From Fibrobacterales bacterium (lineage in GTDB: Bacteria; Fibrobacterota; Fibrobacteria; Fibrobacterales; JAOPTW01): DNA of 64,000 bases. Below, piece by piece: positions 1 to 10,776 of this stretch. Position 1 is the stretch's first letter. The number at the start of each line of letters is the position of its first letter. The translations under genes and the position numbers were made by a program. The notes under the pieces were generated by a model. That model had not been told where the DNA came from, made no database searches, and worked only from the letters and a program-made list of their open reading frames with translations. The stretch lies in the NCBI GenBank assembly GCA_051532035.1, contig JAOPTW010000012.1, positions 32,001 to 96,000 on the forward strand, given 5' to 3'.

Positions 1-289
1 GTTCGCAGATAGCCACTTTATGGCCTGCTTGAATCATTTTGGGAATATATCGTTCGGCAGCATGATACGGAAAACCACAGAGTGGAGTCGGCTCTTTATC
101 TTTACTGTTTCTACTGGTAAGAGTGATACCAAGAATTTTAGCGGCAAAGATGGCATCTTCATTAAACAGTTCGTAAAAGTCGCCCATTCTATAAAAGAGG
201 ACACAGTCACTATAGTTTGCTTTAATATCTAAATACTGACGCATCATAGGCGTCAATTTTTTACCGGGTGCTTCCGCTGTTTTTGACAT
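1..289 (-). CDS. mutS: DNA mismatch repair protein MutS, N-terminal part (runs off window start; not in ORF track)
   Basis: Manual translation from ATG at 289: [23 protein letters not shown]...[11 protein letters not shown]...[26 protein letters not shown], the MutS domain I signature. Confidence 0.95.
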   Translation of the reverse strand, partial: MSKTAEAPGKKLTPMMRQYLDIKANYSDCVLFYRMGDFYELFNEDAIFAAKILGITLTSRNSKDKEPTPLCGFPYHAAERYIPKMIQAGHKVAICE

Positions 290-1014
290 TATTTTTCCTG
301 AGATCTGTTCAGAATAGAGAGCTGGTTTGGATCAGCCTCTGAATCCTCTTCCTCATCAATAAAGGGGCGAGGTTTGGTATCCATCTGTGGTAAGAGGAGA
401 TCTGAGTTAATGATCTCATCGAGTTCATGGAGTTTTGGGAGGTCATCACTTATGCTGTTGATGTTAAAGTATTTCAAAAACTCATCGGTTGTCACATATT
501 GGAATGCGCCACCAATTGAGGTTGAGCGTCCACTCATGACAACGAGTTTTTTCTCGAGAAGCATCTTAAGCGGTGCATCACATGATTGCACACCACGAAC
601 CGATTCTATCTCTGCTTTTGTAATAGGTTGTTTGTAGGCAATAATAGAGAGTGTCTCGAGCGCAGCACGAGATATTTTTTTGTAACTACTGGTTTCATTG
701 AATAGCTTTTTTACCCAAGGAAAGTATTTTACTTTAGTTCTAAAGCGAAATCCTTTTGCTTGTTCAACCATCTCAAAAGGACTATCAATCGAAGAAAGCT
801 TTTTATTAATGAGGACAATACACTCACGGAGATACTTGGCATCAATAAATTCTCCAATGATCTCTCTAAACTTTTTAATAGGAATGGTATCACTTGCAGC
901 AAATACAAGTGCCTGTACTACATCAGCGACTTCTTCAATATCTTGGAGTTCAATATTGTGGGCAGGAACATTCTGCTCTTCGGTCTCTTGATTAGTGTCA
1001 GTGCTTTGATCCAT
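289..1014 (-). CDS. scpB: SMC-Scp complex subunit ScpB
   Basis: [28 protein letters not shown] and [11 protein letters not shown] motifs. Confidence 0.93.
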   Translation of the reverse strand: MDQSTDTNQETEEQNVPAHNIELQDIEEVADVVQALVFAASDTIPIKKFREIIGEFIDAKYLRECIVLINKKLSSIDSPFEMVEQAKGFRFRTKVKYFPWVKKLFNETSSYKKISRAALETLSIIAYKQPITKAEIESVRGVQSCDAPLKMLLEKKLVVMSGRSTSIGGAFQYVTTDEFLKYFNINSISDDLPKLHELDEIINSDLLLPQMDTKPRPFIDEEEDSEADPNQLSILNRSQEK

Positions 1015-1297
1015 TAACTACCTGATTTTGTGTATCTTACAGCAATATGATTGAGAAGGAAATATAGTTTATCGCTGAAAAAATAGGAGATTGATTCTGC
1101 ATTGGATTCGTGTTCTGGTTACAATCTACTTCTGTTATAGATGATGAAAGATGTATATGTATGAAAGGTGAACACATGTGCACTTAATTTGAACAATTGT
1201 CTTTTAACTGATTGAGGGTCCATCAAATCTTATTTTAACCCTGCGCGAGCTCCAGAATAAATTATTATTCATTTAGAAATAACAATGGTGGTTTGTG

Positions 1298-1825
1298 ATG
1301 AATAAAGTAACAGTAAGTATCCTATTAATCTCAATGTTCATGATGAGTTGCGCTCTTCAAAAAAGTGCTCCTGACGTTAAAATTGGGTATGTGGATACGC
1401 AAATAATTATTGAAAACTTTAGTCAGGCCGAAAAAGTACGGGTTTCTATGAAGCTTAATACTCAAAATGTTCAAAAAGAGGTCAATCGACTTCTCACACT
1501 GGCTAATCAGAAGCTCGATCTCTATAAAAAAGAGCTGACCCTTGCACAAAAGAGTAAGAATGAGAAACGTATCTCAGAGCTCAAAGAGTTAATTCAGATG
1601 ACCGCCGCCACCTTTGAGAATCAAAAGTCGATGCTCCAGGATAAACTGACAACGACAAATGAGAGTATCTCTCAAGATGTTTTGAAGAGAATAAATCAAT
1701 ATATTGATGAATATGCTCAAAAACAGGGATATACGGTTGTTGTTGAGAAAAGCTCTGGAATACTCTATCATGACGTCACCATCAATATTACCCAAGAAAT
1801 TTTAAAGGGTTTACACAGCAAGTAA
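1298..1825 (+). CDS. OmpH/Skp-family periplasmic chaperone, possibly a lipoprotein
   Basis: KIGYVD start of mature domain, coiled-coil body, YAQKQGYTVV...NITQEIL end; MMSC lipobox-like motif. Confidence 0.8.
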   Translation: MNKVTVSILLISMFMMSCALQKSAPDVKIGYVDTQIIIENFSQAEKVRVSMKLNTQNVQKEVNRLLTLANQKLDLYKKELTLAQKSKNEKRISELKELIQMTAATFENQKSMLQDKLTTTNESISQDVLKRINQYIDEYAQKQGYTVVVEKSSGILYHDVTINITQEILKGLHSK

Positions 1826-1970
1826 TCCCCAATTTTCAGCTCTCAAAAAGTACGAAATCGTAACAACTCGACATTCCTACTGTTAAACCATGGAATAAAA
1901 GCTTAAAATACGATATAATCTATTGGTAGCATACAATTGATTTTAGGCATGGCCATACTTGGAGTAGTGG

Positions 1971-3497
1971 ATGAGTGATTTGCTCGAGTTTTCTGAAGAG
2001 GAAGAACCCCAATATATTGATGAAGGATATCCTTGGCGTATTTTACTTGTTGATGATGATAGTGAAGTACACGATGTGACCCGGTTTGTATTAAAAAGTA
2101 AAATTCTATTTAATAGACCTATTGAACTTACCAGTGTCTTTAGCTTTGAAGAAGCGAAAGACCTCTTAATGCATGATGATGATTTTGCCCTTGCCTATAT
2201 AGATGTCGTTATGGAGACTGATGATGCGGGACTCCGACTCATTGAGTTTATTAGAAATGATCTTAAAAATAGTATGATGCGTTTGAATATTCGTACCGGA
2301 CAACCGGGGGTCGCTCCTGAAGAGGATGTCATTACGCGATATGATATCAATGACTATAGAGAAAAGACCGATATGAATGCGCGTCGTCTCTTTAGTTCAA
2401 CCTACACGGCACTCCGCTCTTATAGTGAAATTATAGCACTCAATGAAAATAGAAAGGGACTCAAAAAGGTGATAGAGTCTTCGGGTACTATCCATGGTAT
2501 TCAAAGGTTGGGTGAGTTTGGGTCTGGGGTGTTAAAACAACTTGCCAGTATTCTCTTTAATGATAATGGGCATGGGTTAGATAGCGGAGGAGTTGCAGTA
2601 TTCAAAAATGCCACAGGGTTTGAGATTATTGCACGTACTGGTGAATATGGAAGTGTTGGCGATTCTCTTGATGATCTTGGTAAAAGTGTGATAGAGAGAA
2701 TCACTACGGTCTATCATAGTAAAACGACAATGATAGGTGACGATTACTACGCAGGATACTTTACCGGTCATGGGGGCACCGAATATGTATTGTACATGCG
2801 TGGCCAAACCATTGGTATCTCATTTGATGATGAACTGCTTGAACTTTTTTGTAATAATGTAAGTATTGCTCGTGAGAACAATGAGTTAAAGACCCACATG
2901 GATGTAACCCAAAAAGAAATTGTATATCTTCTCGGTGAAGCGGTTGAGCGAAGATCAGAAGAAACGGGTAATCATGTTCGTAGAGTTGCTCACTATTCAA
3001 GGCTCTTGGCAACATTGCGTGGATTGTCATCTGGTGAGTGCGAAGAGATCTATATGGCTTCTCCACTCCATGACCTTGGGAAAATTGCTATTCCCGATGC
3101 CATATTGAATAAGCCAGGGAAGCTTGATGCCCAGGAGTGGGAAGTGATGCAGAAACACGCCGAATATGGTTATGAAATGCTTCGCGATAGTAATAATGTG
3201 ACACTCAAAGCGGCTGCGGTTATCGCCTATCACCATCATGAAAAGTGGAATGGGCGAGGGTACCCTCAACAACTTTCGGGCGAAGACATTCATATGTATG
3301 GTAGGATAACTGCTCTTGCAGATGTGTTTGATGCACTTGGTTCGGATAGGTGTTACAAAGATGCCTGGCCAATGGACGCGGTACTAAAGCTTATAGAAAA
3401 TGAAAAAGGTGAACACTTTGATCCTGAGCTGGTTGACCTCTTTTTAAAAAATATTGATGATTTTATTGAAATTCGTGACCGGTATTCTGATGTATGA
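1971..3497 (+). CDS. Response regulator with DUF3369-like middle domain and HD-GYP c-di-GMP phosphodiesterase
   Basis: REC (ILLVDDD, DVVME); ETGNHVRRV, LHDLGK, HHEKWNGRGYP. Confidence 0.9.
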   Translation: MSDLLEFSEEEEPQYIDEGYPWRILLVDDDSEVHDVTRFVLKSKILFNRPIELTSVFSFEEAKDLLMHDDDFALAYIDVVMETDDAGLRLIEFIRNDLKNSMMRLNIRTGQPGVAPEEDVITRYDINDYREKTDMNARRLFSSTYTALRSYSEIIALNENRKGLKKVIESSGTIHGIQRLGEFGSGVLKQLASILFNDNGHGLDSGGVAVFKNATGFEIIARTGEYGSVGDSLDDLGKSVIERITTVYHSKTTMIGDDYYAGYFTGHGGTEYVLYMRGQTIGISFDDELLELFCNNVSIARENNELKTHMDVTQKEIVYLLGEAVERRSEETGNHVRRVAHYSRLLATLRGLSSGECEEIYMASPLHDLGKIAIPDAILNKPGKLDAQEWEVMQKHAEYGYEMLRDSNNVTLKAAAVIAYHHHEKWNGRGYPQQLSGEDIHMYGRITALADVFDALGSDRCYKDAWPMDAVLKLIENEKGEHFDPELVDLFLKNIDDFIEIRDRYSDV

Positions 3498-3539
3498 TGA
3501 GAGGCTGCGTATTGGGGCCTCAAAGGGTGAAATAAATAA

Positions 3540-4376
3540 ATGAATGAACAATCAATAGGTGGTGCCTTTCTTGAATTTTTGGCAGGGGAAGAAAAAAGCG
3601 TTCCCCTCGAGCGAAGAGTATTGAATGTCACCATTTTTGCTGCAGGCATCATCTGTATCTCACTCGTACTTGAAGCAATTGTACTGGGGTTGGGGACCGT
3701 TTCTGTTGGTGTTACTCTTTTGTTGACGGCTCTGTTTTGGGGCCTCTTTTATATTGCTCGGATTACAAAAAATAACAACTGGTTGGCATGGGTCTATCTA
3801 TTGGTACATGCAATTGGGATTTTGTTTGATTGGTTCTTGCTTGCGGGGAATGTTGGGATTTCTCCCATGGCATTTGTTGCGATTGGTATTTTGGTTCCTC
3901 TTATAACGAAACGATCTCAGTTTGTAAAAGGTGTTATATTCTTAGTATCACTGTATTTGATTTTATGTATTGGTTCTCTTGTGTTCGATAGAGTCGGCCC
4001 TAATGCGGTTCATATAATTATTCATGAAACACTTATTGAAATGGGGATGTTGGCCGCCTGTATGTTTATAATAACCTTTGTGGCGATTCAATCATACAGA
4101 TCAGCACATTTACGGGTGTTTACTCTTAATTATGATCTTGAAATAAAGAATGTGCAGCTTCAAAAAGCGGTGGATGAGATTAAAACCCTCCAGGGGATAA
4201 TTCCTATCTGCTCGTGTTGTAAAAAAATTCGTTCTGAAGGCGGTGCCTGGGATCAAATCGAGCATTACATTGCTCAGCATAGTGATGCCTCATTCTCTCA
4301 TGGTGTATGTCCTGACTGTATAAAAAGTGAATATCCTCACATTCACGAGCGATTGAAACAGAAAGGAAAACTGTAA
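3540..4376 (+). CDS. Multi-TM membrane protein with C-terminal CxxC...CxxC domain
   Basis: About 6 hydrophobic segments, coiled coil, IPICSCCKKIR...SHGVCPDC. Confidence 0.75.
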   Translation: MNEQSIGGAFLEFLAGEEKSVPLERRVLNVTIFAAGIICISLVLEAIVLGLGTVSVGVTLLLTALFWGLFYIARITKNNNWLAWVYLLVHAIGILFDWFLLAGNVGISPMAFVAIGILVPLITKRSQFVKGVIFLVSLYLILCIGSLVFDRVGPNAVHIIIHETLIEMGMLAACMFIITFVAIQSYRSAHLRVFTLNYDLEIKNVQLQKAVDEIKTLQGIIPICSCCKKIRSEGGAWDQIEHYIAQHSDASFSHGVCPDCIKSEYPHIHERLKQKGKL

Positions 4377-4377
4377 A

Positions 4378-6144
4378 TTATTTTTCTTGTCGCTTATACC
4401 AAATCGAGATTGCTTCTTGCACTCTTGATTTCTGTATTGGTTTTGATAGGTAGCTATTCATGCCAGCTGAGAGGCAGGCATTCCGATCTTCTTTCATGGC
4501 ATTAGCAGTCATAGCAATAATGGGTATTGCTTGATCAATTTCGCTGTGGGTACCAGAACGAATGATACGAGTTGTTTCGAGCCCACCAAGAACCGGCATC
4601 TGCATATCCATAAACACCAATTCAAAGTCTCGTTGTTTAAGAATTGAGAGTGCGACTTCACCATTTTCTGCAGGTGTTACTGAATGACCCATCTTATTGA
4701 GGAGTTTTGTAATGACACGTAAGTTCATGGTATTGTCTTCGACAACGAGTATATTGAGGTCTGGAGTGTTGATATCACAGGTGGTGAGCTCTTCTTCTGG
4801 GGCTATGGCTTGATTTTCAGGTATCGTACACTGCATAGTGAACCAAAACGTTGAACCGGCACCGATATCACTATACAGGCCGATGTCACCACCCATAAGC
4901 TTTGCGAGCTGTTTTGATATTGAGAGGCCCAGACCGGTGCCACCAAATTGTCTTGTTATAGAGTTGTCGGCTTGACTGAAGGTTTCGAAGAGATGTATCT
5001 GTTTATCTAATGGGATACCGATACCCGTATCCTCAATCGAAAATTTAATATAGATATTGTTTCCTGGCTCTTCTATCAGAGCACATTGCAGCTTAACAGA
5101 ACCTTTAGGCGTAAATTTTATTGCATTACCGATTAAATTAGTAAGGACTTGATGGATACGGACGGGGTCTCCCGTTATGATACGAGGAATATCTTTCGAG
5201 ATACCCTGTAGATATTGTAGTCCCTTCTCTTCGCAGCGTAAAATATTGATAATTGAGAGATTACTGAGGAGTGCATGAAGGTCAAAATTAATCTGTTCGA
5301 CATCCAATTTACCCGCTTCAATTTTTGAAAAATCGAGGATATCATTGATAATAGTGAGTAAGTTATTGCCGCTATCACGGACCGCTTCGACTAGTTCTCG
5401 CTGCTCCTCATCAAGGGTGGTATCGAGGAGTAACCGATTCATACCAATAACGCCATTCATAGGGGTACGAATCTCATGACTCATATTTGCCAGAAATTGA
5501 CCCTTAGCATCATGAGCCGCTGTAGCTTGTTGCTTTGCGCTTGTAAGGGCGCTAAAGGATTCGTCAAACTGTTTATAAAAAATTGAAATGAGAATTGCCG
5601 AGAGTGAAACTGAAGTAATTATATTGAATGTGAAAAATACTCTGTAGCTTGATGAATCAATAGAAAAGGGAAGAAGGTAGGGGATAGGGGCGTCGACAAT
5701 TTCTGCGATAAAGAGAACGAGAATTAAGAAAAGGGTGTATAGTGTAATAAGAGTGCTCTCTTTACGAGGAAGAAGGGTATAGGAACTCAGGACAAGAGGT
5801 CCATACCACACCAGAATGACAGAGGTGCTTCCACCAGTTGTTGCTATTATTGGGATGAGCGCTGTTATTGATATATATGAAACAACTCTTCCTGCTAAAG
5901 TATAGTTCTTATATTTTTTAATAATAGTAAGGCTCAAAAGAGCAGATAGAAATGCTGTGAATGCAGCAACCATGGCAAGAGTGTTATCCCAATAGAAATA
6001 GAGAACTACAAAAGGAAACCACCCTGAAGCAATTGCATATTGATAGGTGTATACTGTTCGTTGATGTTGATATTCCCATGTGTGTTTGGGAACTGTTGCA
6101 TCTTTTTCTAAAAATGAAAAAATTTCTTGTAACTGGTTTATCAT
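4378..6144 (-). CDS. Membrane-bound hybrid sensor histidine kinase/response regulator
   Basis: [39 protein letters not shown]-terminal REC (FMDMQMP). Confidence 0.93.
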   Translation of the reverse strand: MINQLQEIFSFLEKDATVPKHTWEYQHQRTVYTYQYAIASGWFPFVVLYFYWDNTLAMVAAFTAFLSALLSLTIIKKYKNYTLAGRVVSYISITALIPIIATTGGSTSVILVWYGPLVLSSYTLLPRKESTLITLYTLFLILVLFIAEIVDAPIPYLLPFSIDSSSYRVFFTFNIITSVSLSAILISIFYKQFDESFSALTSAKQQATAAHDAKGQFLANMSHEIRTPMNGVIGMNRLLLDTTLDEEQRELVEAVRDSGNNLLTIINDILDFSKIEAGKLDVEQINFDLHALLSNLSIINILRCEEKGLQYLQGISKDIPRIITGDPVRIHQVLTNLIGNAIKFTPKGSVKLQCALIEEPGNNIYIKFSIEDTGIGIPLDKQIHLFETFSQADNSITRQFGGTGLGLSISKQLAKLMGGDIGLYSDIGAGSTFWFTMQCTIPENQAIAPEEELTTCDINTPDLNILVVEDNTMNLRVITKLLNKMGHSVTPAENGEVALSILKQRDFELVFMDMQMPVLGGLETTRIIRSGTHSEIDQAIPIIAMTANAMKEDRNACLSAGMNSYLSKPIQKSRVQEAISIWYKRQEK

Positions 6145-6248
6145 AGCCTACCTTGGTGTAATTGTACTGTAATTACATCAAGTAAGCAATGAATAAGGGT
6201 GAGGCGTGCTCGTTGTTGTATAAGTAATTTTTAGAGCTTTTCATGAGC

Positions 6249-7358
6249 TTACCGAATCACAAAAAGCGACCGCTTATTCCCTTGTACCGCTACAACCAAT
6301 CCTGCAGATAATGGGAGTGGTTGATGACTAGAGATAATCCCATTAAACAGCTGCACCCCCGTAACTGAATAGAGCGCAAGTGGTTGGTCTGAAGAAATAT
6401 GATTTACCCAATGCCGCTGATCAGTTTCCGTAAAAGGGAGCATAATCGATACAGGTGCTTCACTTGAATACTCTGCGTCTATTGACGATTCACCCACGGA
6501 CGACTCATCTGCAGATGAGCCACCTATAAAAGTGTCTTCGGATGAGTCTTCGCTCATAGTATTTTGAGAAGAGCTCTCAGCAGTCTGAGAGCTACTTTCT
6601 GATGATGAAAGCGAAGCAGAAGATTCTGATTGAGTATTTTCAGAACTAGACTCATTAACCCAACCAACTTTTTGCCAGCCTTCTTCTATGAGCACATCAG
6701 TGATACCACAGCCACCAGCATCGGGGTCAGTGCCTCCATTGAGGCGAGGAATGTAGACGGGATGTACCTCACCACTCGTAGTAATGTGTTTAATATTTGA
6801 TTCTGAATCATCCCAAAAAATAACTCGTTTACGGTCTTCTACGTTTTCGGGGTCCATGCCGTAGGCCCGCATGATTTTGTCATTGACATCGGGCTTATAG
6901 GAGTTATGGTCCATATGATAGGCGCAGGTTTCACAGTTCCAGTTTGCCTTGTCATTTATTTTTGGATACGACCACTCTTTTGATGGGTTGTCGTAATGCT
7001 CTGATGCCAAAAATTCGGGGAAGTGGTTGTCATCAATGAGGTGGCTAATCTTATCGTCATAACCAACTTCTAGAGCTGCATGGCTATTGATACCAATAAA
7101 TGCTCCGTTAGCGACACAGCGTGCAATAGCTTCGCGCGCCTTTACTCCCAAACATTGATAGCGCGGGTCCCAATTATAGACATTGTTGTCACCCGTATAA
7201 TCAAAACAGTGGTACTCTTCTTTGTTATCTGTTTCGGGGCATTTGTGTGATGAGAGAGTGAGGTCGTAATCAAAGATACAGAGGACCTGAGGATTTGCGG
7301 CAAATGCTGATAGGGTAAGGAGGGCACTTATGATACCGGTGTTTTTGAGTGCTTTCAT
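6249..7358 (-). CDS. Secreted HAD-like protein with Ser-rich linker and putative C-terminal sorting domain
   Basis: Signal peptide ending AFA; CIFDYDLT, YKP, IFWDD motifs; tail YSVTGVQL...FVIR. Confidence 0.6.
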   Translation of the reverse strand: MKALKNTGIISALLTLSAFAANPQVLCIFDYDLTLSSHKCPETDNKEEYHCFDYTGDNNVYNWDPRYQCLGVKAREAIARCVANGAFIGINSHAALEVGYDDKISHLIDDNHFPEFLASEHYDNPSKEWSYPKINDKANWNCETCAYHMDHNSYKPDVNDKIMRAYGMDPENVEDRKRVIFWDDSESNIKHITTSGEVHPVYIPRLNGGTDPDAGGCGITDVLIEEGWQKVGWVNESSSENTQSESSASLSSSESSSQTAESSSQNTMSEDSSEDTFIGGSSADESSVGESSIDAEYSSEAPVSIMLPFTETDQRHWVNHISSDQPLALYSVTGVQLFNGIISSHQPLPLSAGLVVAVQGNKRSLFVIR

Positions 7359-7493
7359 GATTTTCTTGTGTGGTGTGTACTGAGTAAGTAATGTAGTAAT
7401 TATCAAAAATCATCTGAGGGGTACCCATCACTGCATAGTTAGATTTTAGTTTTTTCTGGTGAGTTACTATTCTCAAAAAGAGTCTCTGTCGGG

Positions 7494-9554
7494 CTACCCA
7501 TGCAGCATAGCATGTGCACTTTTAATGGCCTCTTCACTCCCGCTGAGTACCAATACATCGCCAGAACGTAAAATAGTATCAGCAGTCGGTAAGGCCGACT
7601 CTTTGCCTTGAGAGCTTATAGCCATAACCAGTGCTCCGGTGAGGGCACGTAAATTCAGCTCAGAGAGGCTTTTATCAACAGCGAAACTTTCAGCTTTCAG
7701 TTCGACTGTTTCTGGGTGGCCCATGCCGGGGAGTAGTTTATTTACCAAATCCATGGATGATTGATGGGTATCGGTATCCTTCCCTTTGAGATTTAATTGG
7801 TTTTGCAGAGCAGATGCTATTACCTGCGCACCAGCTTTTACGTGACCATCTAAGTTTCGCGCTCGTTTCCAAAAAGCAACGCCGAAACCAAAAAGGGTAA
7901 GAGCGATGATCGAAGAAACCGATCCTGTTGGGGCTATGGGTTCAATAAGAATGATCATGGGGATGCTGATGAGTATAATCTGAATAATGTGGAGGGAGGT
8001 GCTGAGTACTCTGCGTGGCGCTAACCCCGAATCAACTCCATTGTTGGGAGGTAGTGGTAGTGTGGTGATTGCGATCTCTCGAGCAATGCGTGAGGTGAGG
8101 CCTATTATCCCCCCAAAGAGTGGGATAATGATGATTACGGCACCTATAATAAAGAGGGTACTACTGATTTGTTCTGGAATAGCAAGTTTTTCACCTAACG
8201 CATGGAAGATAGCATCACTTTTTAATGCGGCTATGGAGAGGATTACCAGAAAGAGAATATCAACGCCCAACCATTTTAACCAGCGGAAGAGTTTGGTTCT
8301 GAGAGTGCTGTTGTCTTTTTTCTTATATACTTGTTCGAGCCAAGAGCCATAGAGTGAGGCAAAGGTTTGAAGTGGTGAGGGTAGGTGGTTGGAGATAAAG
8401 AGGGCAATGGATGAGCTATGGCGAACCATATAGGGGGTTGTCCAGGTGGTGAGTACTGCCACACTGACAGCTATTGAAAAAAGTGCGGGTGATACCACGC
8501 CAAAAACGAGACCGATCCCGACTATTAAGAAACTAAACTCACCGATTTGAGAGAGACTGAGCCCTGCTTCGAGCGCCAAGGTTAAGGGTCTTCCGGTAAT
8601 GAACGTACCGAGTGCAATGGTCAGGGTTTGGCCCACAATAACAATAACAGTAATGAGGAGTATCAGGGAAACGTTATCAAGGGCGAGCATAGGGTTGAGT
8701 TGCATACCAATTGATACAAAGAATATAGCCGTAAAGAGGTCGCGAATGGGTGAAATTTGTCTGGCAATCTTATGAGATATGGCGCCGGACTCTGCAACGA
8801 GTGACCCCGCTATAAACGCGCCGAGCGCCATGGAGTACCCAAAGGTTTTAGCGAGAAGTGCTATGGCAAAACAGAGGCCGATACTGGTGATAATATTTGT
8901 TTCGGGGTTTTTAAGAATACTGACAAACCGAGTGAGCCGTGGTATTAAGAGAATGCCGATAAATACGAGTGCAGCCAAAAACCCGCCCAAGCCTAAGAGC
9001 ATTGAGGTAAAGCTATCTAAAGTAAAGCCAGAGCCCGATGCGACAGCGGTGAGCGCTGCCATGAGGATAATTGCGATAAGATCCTGTGCGACTAATATAC
9101 CAATCACTAAATCTTTTAAGCTTTTCTCTTTTTTTCCGCTTTGAAAGGTTCGCGTAACTACTGCGCTTGAGCTTACGGCGAGCATGCCACCCAAAAAGAC
9201 ACTTTGAATTTCTGACCAGCCCAACATGCGGCCTAAGGTGACCCCGAGAAATATCATGAGAAATGCTTGGATGAGTGCAATAAGGCCCGAAGACAATCCA
9301 ACCTTTAAGAATTTGGTAATAGAGAACTCGAGCCCAATACCAAAGAGTAACAAAACCACGCCAATTTCGGATAAGAGGTGTACCACCGCTTTATCTGCAA
9401 CCAATGGTGTTGGAAGATACGGTCCCACTAAAACACCGGCAACAAGATACCCCATTAGCACTGGTTGTTTCAGCTTTTGGAAGAGTACGGTTACGAGTCC
9501 TGCTGCAACTAATACAATGGTAAACGCTTCTATGAATACATGTTGGTCAATCAT
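7494..9554 (-). CDS. CPA2-family cation:proton antiporter with C-terminal TrkA-C/RCK-C domain
   Basis: LLFGIGLEFS, QDL, FFVSIGM, QIGEFSF; C-terminal KSLSELNLR...GDVLVLSG. Confidence 0.9.
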   Translation of the reverse strand: MIDQHVFIEAFTIVLVAAGLVTVLFQKLKQPVLMGYLVAGVLVGPYLPTPLVADKAVVHLLSEIGVVLLLFGIGLEFSITKFLKVGLSSGLIALIQAFLMIFLGVTLGRMLGWSEIQSVFLGGMLAVSSSAVVTRTFQSGKKEKSLKDLVIGILVAQDLIAIILMAALTAVASGSGFTLDSFTSMLLGLGGFLAALVFIGILLIPRLTRFVSILKNPETNIITSIGLCFAIALLAKTFGYSMALGAFIAGSLVAESGAISHKIARQISPIRDLFTAIFFVSIGMQLNPMLALDNVSLILLITVIVIVGQTLTIALGTFITGRPLTLALEAGLSLSQIGEFSFLIVGIGLVFGVVSPALFSIAVSVAVLTTWTTPYMVRHSSSIALFISNHLPSPLQTFASLYGSWLEQVYKKKDNSTLRTKLFRWLKWLGVDILFLVILSIAALKSDAIFHALGEKLAIPEQISSTLFIIGAVIIIIPLFGGIIGLTSRIAREIAITTLPLPPNNGVDSGLAPRRVLSTSLHIIQIILISIPMIILIEPIAPTGSVSSIIALTLFGFGVAFWKRARNLDGHVKAGAQVIASALQNQLNLKGKDTDTHQSSMDLVNKLLPGMGHPETVELKAESFAVDKSLSELNLRALTGALVMAISSQGKESALPTADTILRSGDVLVLSGSEEAIKSAHAMLHG

Positions 9555-9909
9555 GGGGAGCCATTTTGGTGTCGGTACCCTAAAATTTAGGCATTTAGCG
9601 ACAGAAAATGGTGAAAAACGGCTGTTGTAGGGGAATTATTCAATTATGGAATGGAGTGTGAAAACTATGGGTACTCGTAGTAAGTATAATGGTGGGTATA
9701 CGCAATATTCTTGTTTCGCTCGAGATAGATGCTTGCACTATATATACATAATTAAAAATACAAAGATTAGCCTGCTTAATATTAGTAAGCACAATAGTAG
9801 TGAGTGTTTAATAAATAAACGACTTATACAGAGCTTTAGAGTAGTGAAGTTACTTTAAATAATGTGGCGCTTTTAATATGTTTGTTAAGCGTTGAGAGAG
9901 GGAAATATC

Positions 9910-10776
9910 ATGGGTATACGTTCAGTACTGTGCGTAATTTTAGTTTTATTAATTACACATGTTGATGCACGAGTGCGTGCTCCATCTAATAACGGGTTTC
10001 GTAATTCTGATCAAGATACTACGAAGGTGATGCCTAGCAATCATAGCAGTCAGGGAACTACTCAAGCACCAAGTGTAGATTTGTGTAAAATGAAATATGC
10101 TCGATGCACAATAGATTTTGGGGTTAGTATTCATGCCTCGTATAAAGGATTGTATACGAGTGATAGCAAGGCAAAAGAGGCAACCTATGATGTCGATAAT
10201 GGCTATCAACCTGCAAAGTCAGGGAAATCTACATATGGGCCCGATGATATTGTAGAAATTTCTCAGGAACCAATAGGGGTTTCGGCCTACCTTCTATTCT
10301 ATAAAATATTTGGGTTTCGTGTCGACTACCTCTACAATCAATATACCGTTAAAGAGGATATTTTTACAGATGAATCTGCTATCGATAAGTGGAAGATAAC
10401 TAATGAGACTTTAGTGACTTCATTAATGCTCTCTATGTATTTTTCAGACTACCGAGAAGACGAAGGTTCCCAAGGACTTCTCTTGTACGCACTTCTTGGA
10501 AAGGCATATGTATGGCGAACCGATAATCTGTCGGTAAAAGAAGGAGTATATATACAGGGGGACCCTAAGTCAATGGGGAATAGTGCTGGTTACTTTTTTG
10601 GGTTAGGAATTATGCCGCGTTTGAACTCCGTTATTGGAATTGAACTTGAAATTGGACTTGATGCTTTTGACTTTAAGTCGAGAGGAATATTTGAAATTCC
10701 TGATGCTGAAACTACTAGTGATGGTGGTCCTTATATCAAAATTGGATTAGCACTGTTTTTGGAGATGGTATTATGA
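9910..10776 (+). CDS. Putative outer-membrane beta-barrel protein
   Basis: Signal peptide, amphipathic strands, C-terminal YIKIGLALF. Confidence 0.55.
   Translation: MGIRSVLCVILVLLITHVDARVRAPSNNGFRNSDQDTTKVMPSNHSSQGTTQAPSVDLCKMKYARCTIDFGVSIHASYKGLYTSDSKAKEATYDVDNGYQPAKSGKSTYGPDDIVEISQEPIGVSAYLLFYKIFGFRVDYLYNQYTVKEDIFTDESAIDKWKITNETLVTSLMLSMYFSDYREDEGSQGLLLYALLGKAYVWRTDNLSVKEGVYIQGDPKSMGNSAGYFFGLGIMPRLNSVIGIELEIGLDAFDFKSRGIFEIPDAETTSDGGPYIKIGLALFLEMVL

Noticed and set aside
20..232. 70-aa plus-strand ORF
   Set aside because: Antisense to mutS
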